Shown here one piece after another: positions 1 through 10,129 of a stretch of 64,000 nt of DNA. Where the stretch lies: positions 7,417 to 71,416 of the forward strand of contig JBBSUJ010000005.1 in the NCBI GenBank assembly GCA_038235025.1. The letters run 5' to 3'. Source of the DNA: Burkholderiales bacterium (lineage in GTDB: Bacteria; Pseudomonadota; Gammaproteobacteria; Burkholderiales; Burkholderiaceae_C). Each line of letters begins with the position of its first letter. Within the stretch, counting starts at the first letter, position 1. The notes under the pieces were generated by a model, which was given only the letters and a program-made list of their open reading frames with translations, was not told where the DNA came from and ran no database searches. Both the position numbers and the translations under genes were made by a program.

Positions 1-614
1 GCGCCGTCGGGCAGGCCGAGGTACTGCACATTGGCCGATGACGCGCCCAGCGCACGCAAACCTGCCAACGCCTCGCCGCGCCGCTCAAGCCCAATGGCAG
101 CGCGTTCGGCATAAGGGCCGAAGCAGGCTTCTCCATCCGTCAGCGCAATCACGAGCACTTCACAGCCGCGCCGCAGTTGCTCCAGCACCAAGCCGCAGCA
201 CATCAGCACTTCGTCGTCAGGGTGCGGTGCAACCACCACCAGCCGCTCACGGCGCTCCAAACACTTGGCGACGCTGCGTTGCGGAGGACGACCTGTCCCA
301 CTTCCGGTGAGGCGCGCCTCCCAGAACGCGGGCGGGTGCTCGGGCTGGTTGATATGGCGAGATGCAGCGTCGCTTTCTCGGTTGCCTGTTGTGGCTGCGG
401 CGCGGGCCTGCGCCACGGGTACCGCAAACACGGTGCTGCCGGCCAGCGCATGCAGGTGATGACTCTGCCCGCTGGGGTCGCTCGACGAAGCTGAACCTAG
501 GCGAAACGCTTCGACAAAGGCAGGGTCTGCAACGCTCCCCGGGTATGAAAAGCCTATGTGCCCATTTGCTTCGAGCCCAGCGAGCGGTGGCCGGCCGACA
601 TTCAGGGCAGCCAT
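1..614 (-). CDS. PIG-L (LmbE-like) family deacetylase. It runs off the left window edge and the true start is uncertain.
   Basis: The minus-strand frame is open from ATG 614 to base 1 with no stop, so it is absent from the ORF track. My hand translation of 200-250 reads ERLVVVAPHPDDEVLMCCG, which contains the AHPDDE motif of PIG-L/LmbE deacetylases. It overlaps the upstream ACAD-like gene by 13 nt. Confidence 0.7.
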   Translation of the reverse strand, partial: MAALNVGRPPLAGLEANGHIGFSYPGSVADPAFVEAFRLGSASSSDPSGQSHHLHALAGSTVFAVPVAQARAAATTGNRESDAASRHINQPEHPPAFWEARLTGSGTGRPPQRSVAKCLERRERLVVVAPHPDDEVLMCCGLVLEQLRRGCEVLVIALTDGEACFGPYAERAAIGLERRGEALAGLRALGASSANVQYLGLPDG

Positions 615-1660
615 GGTGATTCCTGCTGTGCCAGCACGCGCTCCCCGAGTGCGGCATCGTCGCGGTCCGCGTGGCTTTGGCGAATAAAAACGGGTAGGTC
701 GGCAGCGGTGCGCGCGAAGCGGGCGTCGCGGCAAAAAGGCGTAGCGCCTAACGCGCGGCCCACTTCATCCAGCACCCGACGCGCGGTGCCCTCAGCCGCT
801 TGTCGCAGCCGCAATGCGACCAAGCTGGCATCGTCCTGGGGGTGCGCATCCACCCATTGGGCGGCTTCACGTAGCAAAGCCGAGGTGCTGCTGAGAGAGA
901 TATCCACCCGGCCGAGTGCTGCCATGCGAAACGGCGTGCGCGCGGCAGGCGGCATCTGTTGCAGGGCGCCGCGCAAGCTGTCCCCTAGCCCCAGCGCACC
1001 GCCGAACCAGCAGGCCGCAATGCCGGCGCCGCCTTGCCAGAAACCAGCGCGGTTGAGATAGTCGCCCGGCGCACCAACTGGGGCCGCCAGCACGTCGTCG
1101 AACTGCACATCGGCGCTCGCGCTGTCGGCCATGCCCACAGCCCGCCAGGTGTGCGCCGAAACGCTTACGCCGGGTTGGTCGAGCGACACAGCCACCAGCT
1201 GAGGCCCTGCGCCGTCCGGCAGCCAGGCCGTCAACAAAGCATGCGTGGCGGCAGCCGCACCGGAGCACCAAGCCTTGCTGCCACTCAAGCGCACCATGCC
1301 GCCGGAAGTCGCACTGGCCACCACGCGGTGCCCCGGGACCTCAGCAGCCCAAGTGGCCCACAAAGTGCCCGTTTGCGCCATTTCGGCGTGGTGTAGCTCG
1401 CGCAAGATGGCGAGGGCGTCGGTGTGCCCTTCCACCAACTTGGCCAGCGACAAATCGTGTTGGGCCACTGCCGCCAAAGCGCGCCAGCGTTGCAAGGTGG
1501 CGCCGCTGCCCGGCTGGGGCCAGTGCGCAAGGCTAGCGCTGCCGAGCGCCTGCCAACATTCGACCGGGGAGGACGCAGTGCACTGTGCCAATACGGCGCC
1601 CACGCCCAAATCTGGCGCTGCGTCGGCACTGCGGGCGGGCGGGAATGTGTACACCGTCAT
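602..1660 (-). CDS. Acyl-CoA dehydrogenase-like protein
   Basis: 352-aa ORF. Segments such as LSGSKAWCSGA and FWQGGAGIAACWFGGALG resemble the middle and C-terminal domains of ACADs. It overlaps GT2 (4 nt) and PIG-L (13 nt), which suggests a single operon. Confidence 0.7.
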   Translation of the reverse strand: MTVYTFPPARSADAAPDLGVGAVLAQCTASSPVECWQALGSASLAHWPQPGSGATLQRWRALAAVAQHDLSLAKLVEGHTDALAILRELHHAEMAQTGTLWATWAAEVPGHRVVASATSGGMVRLSGSKAWCSGAAAATHALLTAWLPDGAGPQLVAVSLDQPGVSVSAHTWRAVGMADSASADVQFDDVLAAPVGAPGDYLNRAGFWQGGAGIAACWFGGALGLGDSLRGALQQMPPAARTPFRMAALGRVDISLSSTSALLREAAQWVDAHPQDDASLVALRLRQAAEGTARRVLDEVGRALGATPFCRDARFARTAADLPVFIRQSHADRDDAALGERVLAQQESPWLP

Positions 1661-2349
1661 GCAGCGGCCCTCACCGTAAGCGCCTGCTTTTTTTGCGCCA
1701 CACGGACCAGGGTGGCACCAAATCCGTCGGGCGCACGGTAGCGTTTGCGCGCGCTGGTACAGACCCGCGGCGCGGCGCTCCAGGCGATGTGCGCACCCGC
1801 AGCCTCCAGGGCGCGCACCAGCGCTACATCTTCGCTACTGGCCAGCGCGGGGAACCCGCCTGCGCGCCGGTACGCCCTGGCACACACGCCCAGGTTGGCA
1901 CCGTGAATGTGGCGGTGTCCATCCACGTCGAAATACGTCGCGGCGAAATGCGCCTGCATCGTGTGCTGAAGATTGCCCCAGGCGTTCCAATTTCGCACCT
2001 GCACGGTTCCACATACGGCGTCGCTACCCAGCGCCAACTGCTGGCTGAGCCAGTCGGGTGCCACCACGGTATCGGCATCGGTAAAGGCGAGCCAGCGGGC
2101 ACCAACGGCCAGCGCGGCGTCGGCCCCCAAGGCGCGGGCGTGCCCGACATTGCGGGCATCACAATGAAGCACTTGCGCACCCCAGCGCTGCGCTGCGGTA
2201 GCGGTGTCGTCGGTACACGCGTCGGCCACAACAAACACTTGAACCCGTTCACCGCTCAGCCCTGAACAACGCGCTGCGCAATGCAGCGAAAAAAGACAGC
2301 GCCCAATGTGCTGTGATTCGTTGTGGGCTGGAACAATGATGGCAATCAT
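1657..2349 (-). CDS. Family 2 glycosyltransferase
   Basis: 230-aa ORF starting MIAIIVPAHNES with an acidic motif VVADACTDDT. This is the typical N-terminus of a GT-A fold GT2 enzyme. Confidence 0.8.
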   Translation of the reverse strand: MIAIIVPAHNESQHIGRCLFSLHCAARCSGLSGERVQVFVVADACTDDTATAAQRWGAQVLHCDARNVGHARALGADAALAVGARWLAFTDADTVVAPDWLSQQLALGSDAVCGTVQVRNWNAWGNLQHTMQAHFAATYFDVDGHRHIHGANLGVCARAYRRAGGFPALASSEDVALVRALEAAGAHIAWSAAPRVCTSARKRYRAPDGFGATLVRVAQKKQALTVRAAA

Positions 2350-2544
2350 GGCGGGGCACCGTGCAGGTTTCCAGACAGAAATGGAGAATGACCGTGATGG
2401 TAGGGAGCAGCCCTTTGCTCCCCTGTAGGACGCCGCAACGCCCGCTTGTCACCGGCCGGCGCGCCATTGATTGTCAAAAGACATGCACGCTGCGCGCCCA
2501 GCCGTGCGGCTTGGCCAGGCGTCCCCAGACCGCTCCTTTTGCTA

Positions 2545-2600
2545 TTTAATCAATAGCTGCTAGCGCTTACCGAGTAAGCGCTAGATGGCTAAAACACTTA
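2545..2600 (+). repeat. REP-like palindromic intergenic element, copy 1
   Basis: Sequence aatagctgCTAGCGCTTACcgaGTAAGCGCTAGatggc. It has a perfect 11-bp stem with a 3-nt loop and shares the core AATAGCT..GCTTA..AAGCGCTAGAG..CC.ATTT with the other copies listed. Confidence 0.8.
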
Positions 2601-2827
2601 AACTTTTTTACGCCTTACACACGCTTGGCTGTTGTGCCGACAACCGCCGCGTGCAGGGGGAATAGCATGCAACGTGGCAATAGATTTCACTTGCGGGCAG
2701 CATGCATTGGTCGGGCAGGCGTGCCCACCGACCTCGCTTTCGCTGGCCTCTCGCCACTGCGTGCTGCGCGGGGTGGCCACGCTCTTCTTTCACCCTCACC
2801 GCCAATACCCACGTTCGCCTTTTTTCA

Positions 2828-3955
2828 ATGCGCCCTGATCTCATCGTCTCTCGCCGCGAAGGCCTGTATTGCCCACCCGGCGATTTCTACATTGACCCAT
2901 GGCGGCCTGTGCACCGAGCGGTTATCACGCACGCGCATGCCGACCACGCACGGCGCGGGTCGGAGTCCTATTTGGCGCACACCGACAGCGAAGGAACGTT
3001 GCGCACGCGCTTGGGCATCGACATTGGCCTGCAAACATTGCCCTATGGCGAAACGATGACCGTGGGCGACACGCAGGTCACGCTATTCCCGGCCGGCCAT
3101 GTACTGGGTTCGGCGCAGGTGCGTGTGGAGCACAAAGGCGAGGTGTGGGTGGCGTCGGGCGACTACAAGCTGGAGGATGACGGCACCTGCCCACCGTTTG
3201 AGCCGGTGCGCTGCGACACCTTCATCACCGAATCGACCTTTGGCCTGCCGATTTACCGCTGGCCCACGCAGCCCGCGCTGTTTGCCGACATCAACGCCTG
3301 GTGGAACGAGAACGCCGCAGCCGGCCGCGCCAGCGTGATCTATGCATATTCCTTCGGCAAAGCGCAGCGCATCCTGCACGGCGTGGACGCCAGCATTGGG
3401 CCCATCTTTGTGCACGGCGCGGTGGAAACGCTGAACGCGGTGTACCGCGAAGCGGGCATTCCATTGCCCGACACGCACCGCATTCAAGAAGGCAAGCTGG
3501 AAAAAAGCCTGATGGGCCGCGTGCTGGTGGTGGCGCCGCCATCGACGGCCGGCACCCCGTGGCTGCGGCAGTTCGGCACCTATTCCGACGCGTTTGCCAG
3601 CGGCTGGATGCAAGTGCGCGGCGCACGCCGCAGGCGCGGGGTGGACCGGGGTTTTGTGATGAGCGACCACGCCGACTGGCCCAGCCTGCAACGCGCGATT
3701 GGCGGCACGGGCGCAGAGAACGTGATCGTCACCCACGGCCAAACGGCCACCATGGTGCGCTGGCTGGAAGAGCAAGGCCTGAACGCGCGCGAGTTCGCGA
3801 CGGAATATGGGTCAGAAGACGACACTGAGCCCGCGCCAGCGGCAGCCACATCGCCTGCCGATCAGCCCGCTGCGCCCGCGGAGGCAGATGCGGCTGTTGA
3901 TGAATCGGCAAACGTCGATGTCACTGCAAAACCTTCGCCCGAGAGCGCGCCATGA
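2828..3955 (+). CDS. Ligase-associated DNA damage response exonuclease (metallo-beta-lactamase/beta-CASP fold)
   Basis: The ORF spans 2702-3955. I chose the internal ATG at 2828 (MRPDLIVSRREGLYCPPGDFYIDPW). It has the HxHxDH motif (THAHADHARRG), an ATGA overlap with the ligase gene, and the conserved exo-lig-lhr-pdeM neighbourhood. Confidence 0.85.
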   Translation: MRPDLIVSRREGLYCPPGDFYIDPWRPVHRAVITHAHADHARRGSESYLAHTDSEGTLRTRLGIDIGLQTLPYGETMTVGDTQVTLFPAGHVLGSAQVRVEHKGEVWVASGDYKLEDDGTCPPFEPVRCDTFITESTFGLPIYRWPTQPALFADINAWWNENAAAGRASVIYAYSFGKAQRILHGVDASIGPIFVHGAVETLNAVYREAGIPLPDTHRIQEGKLEKSLMGRVLVVAPPSTAGTPWLRQFGTYSDAFASGWMQVRGARRRRGVDRGFVMSDHADWPSLQRAIGGTGAENVIVTHGQTATMVRWLEEQGLNAREFATEYGSEDDTEPAPAAATSPADQPAAPAEADAAVDESANVDVTAKPSPESAP

Positions 3956-5634
3956 AAGCCTTTGCCGCGCTCTACGCAGAGCTGGATGCACGCACCGCGT
4001 CTTCCGCCAAGCAAGCCGCGCTGGTGGCCTATTTGCAAGTCGCGCCGCCGCAAGACGCCGCCTGGGCGCTGTACTTTCTGGCCGGTGGCAAGCCGCGCCA
4101 AATCGTGCCCACCAAAATTTTGCGCACTCTGGCGCGTGACGTGGCGGGCCTGCCCGAATGGTTGTTTGATGAAAGCTACCAAGCCGTAGGCGACTTGGCC
4201 GAAACCATTTCGCTGCTGCTGCCGCCCAACGCGCAAGCACCCGTGGTGCGCGGCCTGGCCGAATGGATGGCCGAACTGCTGCCGCTGCGCGGCCTGCCGC
4301 CCGAAGCGCTGGAGGAGCGCTTGCGCAAGCACTGGAGCGTGCTGGCACCTGAAGAGCGGCTGGTGTACTTCAAGCTCATCACCGGCAACCTGCGCGTGGG
4401 GGTGTCGCGCCTGCAGGCCACGCAGGCGCTGGCCCGCATCAGCGAGATTGACCCCAAACGCATTGCGCACCGGTTGATGGGCTACACGCAGATCGGCCGC
4501 GTGCCCGATGCGGCGGCCTATCAAGCGCTGATCGCACCGATCAATGAATCGGCCGAAGGCGCATTGATGGAGGCCAGCGGCCAGCCCTACCCTTTCTTCC
4601 TCGCGCACCCTTGGACCGGCGACCCCGCTGCTATGCAAACCGCACTGGGCAGCCCGCACGACTGGCTGGTGGAATGGAAGTGGGACGGCATTCGCGCGCA
4701 AGTGGTGCGGCGTGCCGGTGGCGTGTTCATTTGGTCGCGCGGTGAAGAGCTGGTGACCGACCGCTTCCCCGAGCTGGCCGCCGCCGCTTTGGCGCTGCCC
4801 GAAGGCACCGTGCTGGACGGCGAAATCGTGGTCTGGCGAGATGCCAGCGACGAGCGCGAAGCAGGCCCGCAGCCCTTTTCGGAAATGCAGCGGCGCATTG
4901 GCCGCAAGACGCTGGGCCCCAAGCTGCTGCGCGAAATTCCGGTGGTGCTGATCGCTTATGACCAGCTGGAACACGCGGGCTTGGACCTGCGCACCCAGCC
5001 CCAACACGCGCGGCGCGCGCAGCTGGAAGCCATGCTGGCTGGTGGCGCGCTGCACCCGTCGCTCAAGCTCAGCAAAGCCCTGCAAGGCGATACCTGGGAA
5101 GCGCTGGACGCGCAGCGCGATGCCGCTCGCAGCATGGGCACCGAGGGCTTCATGCTCAAACGCCGCGACGCGCAATACGGCGTGGGCCGCACAAAAGACG
5201 TGGGGGTTTGGTGGAAGTGGAAGATCGACCCCATGAGCATTGACGCGGTGATGATCTACGCGCAAAAAGGCAGCGGCAGGCGCGCCAGCCTGTACAGCGA
5301 CTACACCTTTGCGGTGTGGTCCGGCCCCGAAGAAGACACCGAGCGCACGCTGGTGCCGTTCGCCAAGGCGTATTCGGGCTTGACCGATGTAGAGATGGGC
5401 AAGGTCGACGCCATCGTGCGCAAAACCACGCGCGAGAGTTTTGGCCCGGTGCGCAGCGTCAAACCCACGCAAGTATTCGAGCTGGGCTTTGAAGGCATTG
5501 GCCGCAGCCCGCGCCACAAAAGCGGCATTGCGGTGCGCTTCCCGCGCATGCTGCGCTGGCGGCAGGACAAGCCGGTAAATGAGGCCGATACACTGGAAAC
5601 GCTGATGGCTTTGCTGCCCAGTGAGGGGCGGTGA
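3952..5634 (+). CDS. ATP-dependent DNA ligase (ligase-associated damage response type)
   Basis: 560 aa. It carries nucleotidyltransferase motif I (EWKWDGIRAQ, KxDG), later motifs (EGFMLKRRDAQY, WWKWKID) and C-terminal FPRMLRWRQDK. Confidence 0.9.
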   Translation: MKAFAALYAELDARTASSAKQAALVAYLQVAPPQDAAWALYFLAGGKPRQIVPTKILRTLARDVAGLPEWLFDESYQAVGDLAETISLLLPPNAQAPVVRGLAEWMAELLPLRGLPPEALEERLRKHWSVLAPEERLVYFKLITGNLRVGVSRLQATQALARISEIDPKRIAHRLMGYTQIGRVPDAAAYQALIAPINESAEGALMEASGQPYPFFLAHPWTGDPAAMQTALGSPHDWLVEWKWDGIRAQVVRRAGGVFIWSRGEELVTDRFPELAAAALALPEGTVLDGEIVVWRDASDEREAGPQPFSEMQRRIGRKTLGPKLLREIPVVLIAYDQLEHAGLDLRTQPQHARRAQLEAMLAGGALHPSLKLSKALQGDTWEALDAQRDAARSMGTEGFMLKRRDAQYGVGRTKDVGVWWKWKIDPMSIDAVMIYAQKGSGRRASLYSDYTFAVWSGPEEDTERTLVPFAKAYSGLTDVEMGKVDAIVRKTTRESFGPVRSVKPTQVFELGFEGIGRSPRHKSGIAVRFPRMLRWRQDKPVNEADTLETLMALLPSEGR

Positions 5635-5700
5635 AGATCGGCTTTGGCTTGTACGCAAGGCACTCCGTATCATCCAAAATTTCGCACTAGCACTCGCCCC

Positions 5701-6642
5701 ATGAACCATTTCTCCTTCTCTTTCGCTTCGACCGCCCTGAGCGCTTGTGTTGCGTCCCTGCTGTCTATCCTGCCGCTCAGCGCTGCGGCGCAAACGGGTA
5801 CGTGTCCTATCGTCAGCGACGCTGACCTGACGGTGGCCTTGCCGGACTTCCAATCCTGGACACTCTTATCGGGAGGGCCCGGCCGTTGTCAATTTGAAGG
5901 CAAGGTTCCCGACGAAGACGGCGACAGCTGGACATTGGCGTCGCTTACCCTGATGCAGCAATACAAGTCGTCCCCCAAAGAAGCTGCAGAAATCATGCAA
6001 GTCATGCGAACAGAGTTCGCCAAGCAATACACATTGACAGAAGTGAAACTGGCGGGAGCGGTGCCTGGTGCCTTTCGCTTTAACAGCGGCAATGTGTCGT
6101 GGTGGTACGCGCAGGCGGGAAAAAGTGTGCTCTCTGTTATGTACGTAGGTGGACAAGAGCAGCGCGCGGCACCGCAAGAGCAGGGGTTGAATGACATCCT
6201 TCAAAAGGCGGTGACCGCCACCGACCAACCGGCTGCTGCTGCCGCCGCCGGCGTCTGCCCACAATTTGACGCGTCACTGGTGCGCAAACTGCTGGGTGGG
6301 AAAAAAGTCGAAATTCAGCAGTTCGGCACCACCAGCTGCATCGCTAGCAACCCTAGCTCAGACGCATTGATGTTTACCGGCGTAGAAACAAAAAACGAGG
6401 CAGAGGCCGCCCAACTTTTTGACAGCATGCGGTCAGACGACTGTACCAACGAGGCACTGGCATCCCTCGGTCCACGGAGCGAACTGAGCTACAACTGTAG
6501 CCAGGGTAACAAGCGAGCCAGCGTTTCGTTTTTCAAAGACGCCATGCGCTATGAATACACATTGGTGATGGAGGGCAGGGAGCCCACCGCACAAGAACGT
6601 GCCCAATTGATAGAGCAAGCGCGTCTGCGGTTCGCTCGTTAA
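5701..6642 (+). CDS. Secreted protein of unknown function with a two-domain Cys-pair architecture
   Basis: The ORF spans 5644-6642. The ATG at 5701 gives [31 protein letters not shown], a signal peptide. The two halves each open with a CP..(about 30 aa)..C pattern ([10 protein letters not shown]...RCQF and [10 protein letters not shown]...TSCI). It is visibly less GC-rich than its neighbours. Confidence 0.75.
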   Translation: MNHFSFSFASTALSACVASLLSILPLSAAAQTGTCPIVSDADLTVALPDFQSWTLLSGGPGRCQFEGKVPDEDGDSWTLASLTLMQQYKSSPKEAAEIMQVMRTEFAKQYTLTEVKLAGAVPGAFRFNSGNVSWWYAQAGKSVLSVMYVGGQEQRAAPQEQGLNDILQKAVTATDQPAAAAAAGVCPQFDASLVRKLLGGKKVEIQQFGTTSCIASNPSSDALMFTGVETKNEAEAAQLFDSMRSDDCTNEALASLGPRSELSYNCSQGNKRASVSFFKDAMRYEYTLVMEGREPTAQERAQLIEQARLRFAR

Positions 6643-6659
6643 CCACAGGGCCGGGTAGC

Positions 6660-9320
6660 GTGCCTGTCGCTTCAGACAAAATTGCCCGTGAGTGGTTCAC
6701 CGCGCGCGGGTGGAAGCCGTTTCCGTTCCAGCGCGACGTGTGGCGCGCCATGCAGGAGGGGCGTTCCGGTCTGCTGCACGCCACCACCGGCTCTGGCAAA
6801 ACCTACGCGGCCTGGCTGGGAGCTTTACAGGCGTTTGCACTACGAAAATCGCCTCGAAAGTCATCGCCGGGCGCGAAAAAAGAGAGCCCCGTAAAGTCTG
6901 CGTCCGCGTCGCTCGCGGCAAGCAAACACCGCGCCGCCGCACCGCCGCTCACCGTGCTGTGGATTACCCCCATGCGCGCGCTGGCCGCCGATACGCTGCG
7001 CGCGCTTACCGCCCCGCTGACCGCACTGGCGCCTGACTGGACCACCGGGCTGCGCACGGGCGATACCGCATCGACGGAACGCGCCGCGCAAGACCGCCGC
7101 TTGCCAACAGTGCTGGTCACCACGCCGGAAAGTTTGTCGCTGCTGCTGGCCCGCGCGGATGCATACGAACGCTTGAAAAGCGTGCAACTGGTGGTGGTGG
7201 ACGAATGGCATGAGCTGCTGGGCAACAAGCGAGGCGTGCAGGTGCAATTGGGGCTGGCGCGGCTGTCCACCTGGAACCCGAAATTGATGGTGTGGGGCAT
7301 GTCGGCCACGCTGGGCAATCTGGAAGAGGCGTTGGCCACGCTGGTGCCGGTATCGCTCTCGCAGGGTTCTGCGCCCGACCACGTGCTGGTGCAAGGCCGC
7401 ATCGACAAAGCGCTGGAAGTCGACGTGTTGCTGCCTGCGCACATGGATCGTTTTGCCTGGGCCGGGCACATGGGTTTGTCGCTGGTGCCGCAGGTGGTGG
7501 CGCGGATTGAAGCGGCCGCCTCCACCCTGGTGTTTACCAATACCCGCTCGCAGTCCGAGCGCTGGTACCAGGCGCTGCTGGATGCACGGCCCGATTGGGC
7601 GGGCGCGATTGGCTTGCACCACGGATCGCTCGATGCAGGCGTGCGCGCTTGGGTGGAAGCGGGCCTGAAGGGCGGCAGCTTGCGCGCGGTGGTGTGCACC
7701 TCCAGCCTGGACTTGGGTGTCGACTTTTTGCCGGTCGACCAAGTGCTGCAAATCGGCTCGGCAAAGGGCGTAGCGCGTTTGCTGCAACGCGCGGGCCGCT
7801 CGGGCCATGCGCCGGGCCGGCGCTCCCGCGTCACGCTGGTGCCCACGCACAGCCTGGAACTGGTGGAGGCCGCTGGCGTGCGGCATGCCATCGCGCATGG
7901 GCAAATTGAATCGCGCCATTCGCCCCACGCGCCGCTGGATGTGCTGGTGCAGCACTTGGTCACCATCGGCCTGGGCGGCGGGTTTGAGCCCGACGCGCTG
8001 TTGGCTGAAGTGCGCCGCGCATACGCCTATCGGAACCTGAGCGATGCATCGTGGCAATGGGCGCTGGCCTTTGTGCGCCAAGGCGGTGAGAGCCTGACCA
8101 ATTACCCCGATTTTTCACGCGTGCAACCCGATGATGCCGGCATTTGGCGCGTGCCCGATGCTCGGCTTGCGCGCCGCCACCGCAGCAATATTGGCACCAT
8201 CGTGAGTGACGCATCACTCACGGTGCAATACCTGAAAGGCCCGAAGCTGGGCAGTGTGGAAGAGAGTTTTTTGTCGCGCTTGCAAACGGGCGATGTGTTC
8301 ACCTTTGCCGGGCGCTTGCTCAAGCTGGTGCGCATTGAGCAAATGACCGCTTGGGTGCGCCGCGCCACCAGCGGCGCGCCCGCCGTACCGCGCTGGGGCG
8401 GTGGGCGTTTGCCCATTTCGGAAACGCTCGGCCACGCCATGCTGGAAGAACTGGCCAAAGCTGGGCGCGGCGATTTTGACTCGCCCGAAATGAAATGCGT
8501 GCAGCCGCTGCTGGCTTTGCAGGCCGCGTGGTCGGCCCTGCCCTCGCCCGGCGCACTGGTGGCCGAGACGCTGCAAACGCGCGAAGGCTGGCACTTGTTT
8601 CTCTACCCGTTTGCAGGCCGACTAGTGCACCAAGGCTTGGCGGGCTTGCTGGCTTGGCGCGGCTCGCAGCACACGCCCAATACCTTCTCGATTGCGGTGA
8701 ACGATTACGGGCCGGAGCTGCTGTCAGCGCGCGAAATTGACTGGGCCGCGCTGCTCCCCGGCCTGCTGGCCAACAACGCGGAAACACCCGATACGCTGGC
8801 CGAGGAACTGCTGCAAACCCTGAACGCAACCGAGATGGCGCGCAGGCGTTTTAGGGAAATCGCGCGCATTGCCGGCCTCATTTTTCAAAGCCACCCCGGC
8901 GAGCAGCGCAGCAACCGGCAGATTCAGGCGTCTGCCTCGCTGTACTACGACGTGTTTGCCCGTTACGACCCGCACAACCTGCTGCTGGTGCAAGCCCGCA
9001 CTGAACTGCTCAGCGAGGAACTGGATGCCGAACGCCTTGCGCACACGCTGGCGCACATGCGCACGCAAACGCTGGCGCTGTGTCCGTTAACCCGACCCAC
9101 GCCTTTCGCGCTTCCACTGATGGTGGAGCGCTTTCGCGAGCGGCTTTCCACCGAGACGCTGGCCGATCGCCTGGCGCGCATGGTGGAAGCGTTGGAGAAA
9201 GCGGCGAATGCGACCATGGATGCGGCGGGCGACGGTGCCAAGCCGCGCCGACGCTCGCGCAAGTTGCCGGCGCCAACGACTACAACTACAACTACGACTA
9301 CGAGCGAAATAAAAGAGTGA
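6660..9320 (+). CDS. lhr: Ligase-associated DNA damage response DEXH-box helicase (Lhr-like)
   Basis: 886 aa. It has a Walker A motif (TGSGKTYAA), a DEWH box ([10 protein letters not shown]) and motif VI (QRAGRSGH). The C-terminus has a run of nine Thr residues. Confidence 0.9.
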   Translation: MPVASDKIAREWFTARGWKPFPFQRDVWRAMQEGRSGLLHATTGSGKTYAAWLGALQAFALRKSPRKSSPGAKKESPVKSASASLAASKHRAAAPPLTVLWITPMRALAADTLRALTAPLTALAPDWTTGLRTGDTASTERAAQDRRLPTVLVTTPESLSLLLARADAYERLKSVQLVVVDEWHELLGNKRGVQVQLGLARLSTWNPKLMVWGMSATLGNLEEALATLVPVSLSQGSAPDHVLVQGRIDKALEVDVLLPAHMDRFAWAGHMGLSLVPQVVARIEAAASTLVFTNTRSQSERWYQALLDARPDWAGAIGLHHGSLDAGVRAWVEAGLKGGSLRAVVCTSSLDLGVDFLPVDQVLQIGSAKGVARLLQRAGRSGHAPGRRSRVTLVPTHSLELVEAAGVRHAIAHGQIESRHSPHAPLDVLVQHLVTIGLGGGFEPDALLAEVRRAYAYRNLSDASWQWALAFVRQGGESLTNYPDFSRVQPDDAGIWRVPDARLARRHRSNIGTIVSDASLTVQYLKGPKLGSVEESFLSRLQTGDVFTFAGRLLKLVRIEQMTAWVRRATSGAPAVPRWGGGRLPISETLGHAMLEELAKAGRGDFDSPEMKCVQPLLALQAAWSALPSPGALVAETLQTREGWHLFLYPFAGRLVHQGLAGLLAWRGSQHTPNTFSIAVNDYGPELLSAREIDWAALLPGLLANNAETPDTLAEELLQTLNATEMARRRFREIARIAGLIFQSHPGEQRSNRQIQASASLYYDVFARYDPHNLLLVQARTELLSEELDAERLAHTLAHMRTQTLALCPLTRPTPFALPLMVERFRERLSTETLADRLARMVEALEKAANATMDAAGDGAKPRRRSRKLPAPTTTTTTTTTSEIKE

Positions 9321-10048
9321 GCGCCCCTCAGAACGAAACGGCCGATGTGCTTGAAAGTCGCCCTGCGTTACCCACCGGCGCGCACCAGCTACTCACCCAC
9401 GGTTTAAACCTGTGGCTGTTGCCCGGCCGCGCAGTGTGGTGGCCGCAGGCGGACATGTTGTTCGTCGCTGACTTGCACTTCGGCAAAGCCTCCACGTTTC
9501 GCCGCGCAGGCCTGCCGGTGCCGCAGGGCACCACGCAAGACAACCTGCAGCGCTTGGCGGTGTTAATAGAACAAACGCAGGCACGCCACCTCGTGTTTCT
9601 GGGCGACCTGTTGCATGCGCGCAGCGGTGCCGATGCGGCGCTATGGCGCGCACTGGCACATTGGCACGCGCTGCACGCCGACACCGCCATGACGCTGGTG
9701 CGTGGTAACCATGATCTGCACGCAGGCGACCCACCGGCTGCGCTGGGCATTGCGCTTGTCGACGAGCCATGGCGGCCGGTTCCGGGCGCAGCACTTGCTG
9801 GCTGCCACCATCCCCAATCGGTCGTGGGCACGCTGGCTTTAGCCGGCCACTTGCACCCGACGGCGCAGCTGTTTGGGTCCGGCCGAGACCGGTTGCGCGT
9901 GCCTTGTTTTGTGCTGCAGGGCGATCAATTGATTCTTCCGGCCTTTGGTGCGTTTACCGGCACTGCACCCACGCGCTGGCCGGCCGATACGCGATTGTTC
10001 GCGGTAGGCGGAGAGCAAGTCCACGCACTGCCCACAAGGCGCGGTTAG
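9317..10048 (+). CDS. pdeM: Ligase-associated DNA damage response endonuclease PdeM (metallophosphoesterase)
   Basis: GTG 9317 overlaps the lhr stop (GTGA). Metallophosphoesterase motifs are present: [22 protein letters not shown]. The part of the ORF before 9317 overlaps lhr and is not credible coding. Confidence 0.85.
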   Translation: MSAPQNETADVLESRPALPTGAHQLLTHGLNLWLLPGRAVWWPQADMLFVADLHFGKASTFRRAGLPVPQGTTQDNLQRLAVLIEQTQARHLVFLGDLLHARSGADAALWRALAHWHALHADTAMTLVRGNHDLHAGDPPAALGIALVDEPWRPVPGAALAGCHHPQSVVGTLALAGHLHPTAQLFGSGRDRLRVPCFVLQGDQLILPAFGAFTGTAPTRWPADTRLFAVGGEQVHALPTRRG

Positions 10049-10129
10049 TGTGTTGCCCGCAGTACGCGGTGAGTGCGTCGCCGGGAGGGCGGGCTTAGGG
10101 CGCTATCCGCAGGCAGTGGCCCATGCCAT

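Noticed and set aside
3862-5853. Very long antisense or alternate-frame ORFs. Examples: 3862-5853 minus (663 aa), 18381-19916 plus (511 aa), 42182-43708 minus (508 aa), 31678-33147 minus (489 aa), 40222-41520 minus (432 aa).
   Set aside because: They lie opposite to, or out of frame with, genes that have clear family motifs. Their translations are Arg/Ala/Gly/Pro-rich low-complexity sequence, typical of stop-poor off-frames in high-GC DNA, and they have no recognisable motifs.
9080-9316. The N-terminal 79 codons of the pdeM ORF, and likewise the upstream extensions of the ORFs at 2702, 5644, 20953-22020, 34066, 34893, 37114, 51959, 52759 and 54328.
   Set aside because: The extensions overlap upstream genes, repeats, the riboswitch or operators. 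Internal starts give family-typical N-termini, often with an SD or a stop/start overlap.
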